From positions 1-64,000 of IMG/VR virus record IMGVR_UViG_3300043448_001007: a DNA stretch of 64,000 nucleotides; one strand, 5' to 3'. This DNA is from a virus. Made by a program: the position numbers and the translations under genes. Every line of letters starts with the position of its first letter. Position 1 is the stretch's first letter. Of the stretch, positions 59,685 through 64,000 are shown piece after piece. The notes under the pieces are model-generated. The model was not told the origin of the DNA. It did not search any database and worked only from the letters and a program-made list of their open reading frames with translations.

Positions 59685-59709
59685 GGGAGGACGCTCTTTC
59701 CAATATATA
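59685..59709 (+). promoter_or_regulatory. GGGAGGACG-N10-TATATA promoter element of the portal gene
   Basis: Matches the copy at 39474-39498. Confidence 0.6.
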
Positions 59710-59738
59710 AAAAAGTAAATAAAAAATAATAGATAAAA

Positions 59739-61415
59739 ATGAGTTCTTATAATCCACTAAACAATCAAAATGGATACGCCTACATGAATTCGGCTGTAGA
59801 AAATAAAGGATTGTTTTCCAGAATACTTAGAAATATCTCAACTTGGGGAATGAATTATGATGATATGATATTAAGAAACCAAGTCGGCGTTAATATCAAT
59901 GAAGATCCATATTCACAACAAGGTAGTTCAATGTATGATTTTTTCTCGAAAAGAGCAGTGGCGTCTGTTTTAAACAGAAAGTCAATTCCTTATTTAGATA
60001 GATCATATAGTGATAAGCGGAGAATTTTGAGAGAATATTCTATTAAAGATGAAATTAGGGATTATGTTTCTGTTGTTTGTGATGAAGCTATAATTTATCG
60101 AGATCGTAAATTTTGTAAACCCAGAAATTTATCAAATGATTTCCCACAAGAAATTAGAGATAAGTATTTAGAATATTTTGAAAGAATTTATAATAGATTT
60201 GGATTCTCTGATAGTATAACAGCTTGGGGATTAATGAAAGATTTCTTAATAGATGGTTATATTGCGATGGAAATTATATGGGATGATAAAAAGAAAAACA
60301 TTATACATTTCAATAGATTAAGACCAGAAACTTTGGTACCTGCTTATGATCCAGCTATTGGTCACCTCTGGATTCAATTTCCGGATGATCCACAACTACG
60401 AAGAATATTTTTGGATTCACAAATAGTATTTATTTCATATGCTGCTCAAAATGATTATTCAGAAACATCTTATGTTGAAGGTTTAATTAAACCTTATAAC
60501 CAATTAAAGATTTTAGAACAAGCTAAAATTATGTTTAATATAGTAAATGCAACATTACATCAAGTATTTACAATTCCAACCAATGGTTTATCCAGACAAA
60601 AGGCTGAAGAACAAATAGGTCAGTTAATCCATGATTATTCAGAACAAGTAGAATGGGATGATAGTTTGGGAACATTACAAATTAATGGTAGTAAACATTT
60701 AAATTATTGGAAACAAATCTGGTTCCCGGCTGGTGATGGAGGTACTCCAACAATGGAGTTGAGAAGTCCACAAGGAGCTAACTTAAATGAAGATGATATG
60801 TTAAAATGGTTTCATAGAAATCTAAAAAGAGCTTCTAAAATACCATTACAAAGATTCGCTGATGATAGTGGTGGTGGAAATTTAATTGTTGATTCTAGTA
60901 ATATAACACATGATGAAATAAATTATCACAACTTTATATCAAGAATGCAAGCTAATTTTAAGGAATTGGTTTTAAAACCATTAAAAATGCAACTTTTAGT
61001 TGAATTTCCAGAAATTAAAGATGATGAAAGATTATTAAATCAATTAGATGTTGAATTTTCAACAAATCAGTTTGTTGAGGCTTTAGAAAGACAAGCGATG
61101 ATTGAGAAGAAAGCTGGTCTATTAACAACACTAATGAGTATTCAAAAAGCTGATGGTAAACCATACTTCCATGTTGATTATTTAATGGATAAAGTTTGGG
61201 AGTTGACTGCCGAAGAAAAAGAAGAGAATAATAGATATTGGTTAAAAGATTCAGCTGGTGGTTCGGCTGAAGGTGGTGATATGGGTGGAGACGTTGGTGG
61301 TGATATGGGTGATATGGGTGATATGGGTGGAGAAGCTGGAATGGAATCTGGTGGTGAGATACCTCCTCCAGAAGGTGGTGGTGAATCCGAAACCGGAGGA
61401 GAATTTGAATTTTAA
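59739..61415 (+). CDS. Portal protein (gp20-like)
   Basis: DEAI; IDG; SYV..LIKP.NQL.I.E; GG.P; G.NL; ASKIP..R; IT.DE. Confidence 0.9.
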   Translation: MSSYNPLNNQNGYAYMNSAVENKGLFSRILRNISTWGMNYDDMILRNQVGVNINEDPYSQQGSSMYDFFSKRAVASVLNRKSIPYLDRSYSDKRRILREYSIKDEIRDYVSVVCDEAIIYRDRKFCKPRNLSNDFPQEIRDKYLEYFERIYNRFGFSDSITAWGLMKDFLIDGYIAMEIIWDDKKKNIIHFNRLRPETLVPAYDPAIGHLWIQFPDDPQLRRIFLDSQIVFISYAAQNDYSETSYVEGLIKPYNQLKILEQAKIMFNIVNATLHQVFTIPTNGLSRQKAEEQIGQLIHDYSEQVEWDDSLGTLQINGSKHLNYWKQIWFPAGDGGTPTMELRSPQGANLNEDDMLKWFHRNLKRASKIPLQRFADDSGGGNLIVDSSNITHDEINYHNFISRMQANFKELVLKPLKMQLLVEFPEIKDDERLLNQLDVEFSTNQFVEALERQAMIEKKAGLLTTLMSIQKADGKPYFHVDYLMDKVWELTAEEKEENNRYWLKDSAGGSAEGGDMGGDVGGDMGDMGDMGGEAGMESGGEIPPPEGGGESETGGEFEF

Positions 61416-61421
61416 GGATAA

Positions 61422-61452
61422 AAAAAGAGTGAGAGAATTTCTCACTCTTTTT
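61422..61452. terminator. Bidirectional terminator
   Basis: aaaaagagtgaga-gaatt-tctcactcttttt. Confidence 0.8.
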
Positions 61453-61849
61453 CATTGTCATCTAATTCTATAATAAATCCAAATATATCATCTGATCCAG
61501 ATAGAGAACGTGGTTTAATACCCGGATCAGTATCTAATATTCCCTCACATGTTACTTCCAATTCTTCTACTAATAAACCTGAATTTATAATAAACTTCAT
61601 TTTAGTTATTCTAATTTTGTTTGCATAAACATGATCATTTAAATCCTTTTTGTTATATTTTTTAATTACTAAATGTGGTAGTATATTTTCAATATCAAAT
61701 TGAACTCTTTGTCCAAAAAGACAAGATAATTTAATATCTCTTAGACATGTTTTATAATCTCTATATTTTTCTAAGAGAGGTTTAAACCTTTCTATACTAG
61801 TCCCTTGATTTATTTCTACTTTTCTTACGCTCATATAAATTTTCCACAA
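61442..61849 (-). CDS. Hypothetical protein
   Basis: 135-aa ORF; start probably MSVRK. Confidence 0.6.
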   Translation of the reverse strand: MWKIYMSVRKVEINQGTSIERFKPLLEKYRDYKTCLRDIKLSCLFGQRVQFDIENILPHLVIKKYNKKDLNDHVYANKIRITKMKFIINSGLLVEELEVTCEGILDTDPGIKPRSLSGSDDIFGFIIELDDNEKE

Positions 61850-62189
61850 TACTTTTTTTCATTTTATTAAATAATTCAATATTCTGTATTGGATAATCAC
61901 ACCCCCAATTTTCATTAAGAGTCCTCTTCCTTTTCACCTCAGAACATTTTCGACAATAATAGTACCCCCAAGTATTATTATATTTGACATAATTTTTAAA
62001 AATAACATCCTTAACTACATTACAATTTAATCCATCACATTTACATGTAATTTTGTAACAAGATCCGGGTGTTAAAAACTCAATCGGTATTAATATCTCA
62101 TCACCAATCATTACATCATATCCCAAATCTTCAAAATATTGGTAGTTGGATTCAATTATTTTTACTTTTATTTCTCTTGTTAAAATCAT
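61797..62189 (-). CDS. Zn-finger/repeat protein resembling the N-terminus of the adjacent nuclease gene
   Basis: CKCD..C; YYCRKC; KRTLNENWGCDYP. Confidence 0.6.
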   Translation of the reverse strand: MILTREIKVKIIESNYQYFEDLGYDVMIGDEILIPIEFLTPGSCYKITCKCDGLNCNVVKDVIFKNYVKYNNTWGYYYCRKCSEVKRKRTLNENWGCDYPIQNIELFNKMKKSIVENLYERKKSRNKSRD

Positions 62190-63673
62190 AATATTATTTC
62201 ATATTTTATTTTACCACAATCCCAAATTTTTGGGATTTCTAATTCAGATTCACTTATTCCAGTAATTGACCTTTTAAAATTTGATTTATGGATTCTTTCA
62301 CCATCAAAAACATATTTATAGTCTGGATTACTTTCATTTACCTTTTCAAATTTTAATTTAGTATATAGATCACCACGGCTCCAATCTCGATCAGCATAAC
62401 TTATTATTCTGATTGGTTTATAATTTTTAATAAAATAATTAAGTAATTTTGAAGCACCACCTATAACATTAAATCCAATCTTATTACAAAATCTATTTAA
62501 ATTCCATTCTCCATAATTCATTTTCTTACGACCTTCAAATTGATCAAATGTCATTAAACAAACCAACTCTTCATTGTGAAATAAACCTATTTTAATTTTT
62601 GAATTTGACCAACCTTGGATATGATTATTGTTTAAAAATTTTTTAACTAATTCTATATCATCAATTTCCTTAATAATACAATTTCTAGATCCAATTTTTG
62701 AACTTAATTTTAAAAGATTTCCTATTTGACTTTCAATTATACTTTTTCTATGATTCCAATCATCTTCCCAAAAATGGATTAATCTAATTCCCTGTGATTC
62801 GAAAAATTTTGTCTTTTCTAAATGGAAATTTTTATCCTTATATATCTCAGAATGCCAATATATACCATTGAACTCAAATCCTATTTTCTCGGATGGTAGA
62901 AATATATCAATTTCTTTATTACCAATTTTATAATTTTGTATTATTTCCCCATTATATATTGATTTTATAAAGTTAAATAGGTTTATCTCACCACCAGATT
63001 GATGACCATTTATTTTATTACAAATTGTGCATAATATTGTTTTATATTTAATCCTTTTATGGAATAAATCAATATCTATTTCAAAATCATGTTCTTTATT
63101 GTTATCACATCTAAATAAAGATATTCCATTTTCCTTATAAGATAAATAATTTTTATGATTAGCAATTTTAAAATTGTTTTTTCTAAAAATTTCACTTTTT
63201 TTGTTATTTGATGCCCCCCAATTTTCTAAATATTTTTTAGCTTTGAGATCTTTTACTTCTCTGGATTGTGAAACATTTTCAACTCCCCATCTATCTAAAT
63301 TTGTTGATTTTTGTTTATTTAAAACTTCTTTATTTTTTAAATGATGTTCAACACCAAACTTTTTAATATTATTCTCTTTTATTTTTATTTGAATATCTTT
63401 TGATTGTGATACAAACTCAACACCTCTTTTCTCTAAGTTGGTCTTTTTTGACTTTTCTTTGATATTATCTAATTGGAATACGTTTTCAACTCCCCATTTT
63501 TCTAAATTATTCTTCTTTAATTTACATTTTTTACACAAATACTCACCATTACAATATCCATATGATGTATATAATTTGAATTTTATCTTTTTATCAATAC
63601 CACATGAATCACAGACTACCTCTATTTCAGTATTACTCCATTTTCCAATACTATCTATATTAGTTTTAATCAT
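62186..63673 (-). mobile_element. Second nuclease plus GNAT/Mom-like fusion, inserted in reverse between portal and prohead protease
   Basis: K.TNLE.WGVENV repeats; EIDIFLP..FEFNGIYWHS; WEDDW; NHIQG; LNRFC..VIGGASKLL; SYAD; WDCG. Confidence 0.75.
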
Positions 63674-63812
63674 ATATTTTTTATTTTTTAATCAAATTCA
63701 TCACATACTATATATAAAAATAGTTGGTTTGTTTAATATTCCTGTAAAAAATCTACCTATGTAAAAAAACGATATTTTTTGTCAATATATATGTAAAATC
63801 AATATATTGAAA

Positions 63813-64000
63813 ATGAAACCTATATTAATCGTAGAGAACAACACAAATCCTCTTTCGTTAAATGAAAATTTAAGTGGAAAGGATAAGTATGTTCTTTCAG
63901 GACCATTCACTGAATTTGATATCGTGAATAGAAATGAAAGAGTTTATACTGCTAATAAGTTCTTACCAGCTCTTCAAGAGTTGAATGAAAGAATTAAACA
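63813..64000 (+). CDS. Prohead protease (gp21-like), running off the right edge
   Basis: MKPILIVE...YVLSGPFTEFDIVNRNERVY, matching the gp21 NRNxRxY motif. Confidence 0.85.
   Translation, partial: MKPILIVENNTNPLSLNENLSGKDKYVLSGPFTEFDIVNRNERVYTANKFLPALQELNERIK

Noticed and set aside
59685-59693. GGGAGG as a Shine-Dalgarno for the portal
   Set aside because: About 45 nt from the ATG and upstream of the promoter motif, so probably not transcribed
61015-61473. His/Pro-rich and Val/Trp-rich ORFs over the portal 3' end
   Set aside because: Alternate frames of the Gly/Asp/Met low-complexity tail
1-64000. tRNA, rRNA or large ncRNA genes; prophage or bacterial origin
   Set aside because: Intergenic gaps are short, AT-rich and show no cloverleaf; there is no integrase, and the gene set is that of a lytic T4-like phage

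Overview
This 64-kb window comes from a very AT-rich, large T4-like myophage genome (probably a jumbo phage) in standard genetic code 11. It holds scattered virion and packaging genes: portal gp20, the start of prohead protease gp21, TerS-like, TerL, gp2, gp4, gp15, an enlarged sheath gp18, tube gp19, gp25, gp26/gp51-like, a gp7-like wedge, a probable tape measure and three large fibre/adhesin genes. It also holds replication, recombination and transcription genes (UvsX, gp47, clamp loader gp44, late sigma gp55), host-like ClpS and LOG genes that suggest a Bacteroidota host, and three free-standing nuclease (homing-endonuclease-like) genes. Main observations: (1) TerL is broken at its Walker A motif into two genes carrying an atypically split intein, with extra amphipathic helices on both halves. 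(2) More than a dozen unrelated proteins, several of them enzyme-like (amidoligase, cysteine hydrolase, HD, WYL), share a T4 capsid-targeting-like peptide, which suggests a packaged and injected cargo set. (3) A TAATATATA late promoter precedes about 26 genes and often sits almost on the ATG; a G-rich upstream element occurs four times. (4) Two genes fuse a nuclease to a Mom-like GNAT domain. (5) There is a candidate chaperone frameshift and a candidate non-canonical spanin pair. No tRNA, rRNA, CRISPR array or reverse transcriptase was seen. All family calls come from recognising motifs by eye, without database searches.
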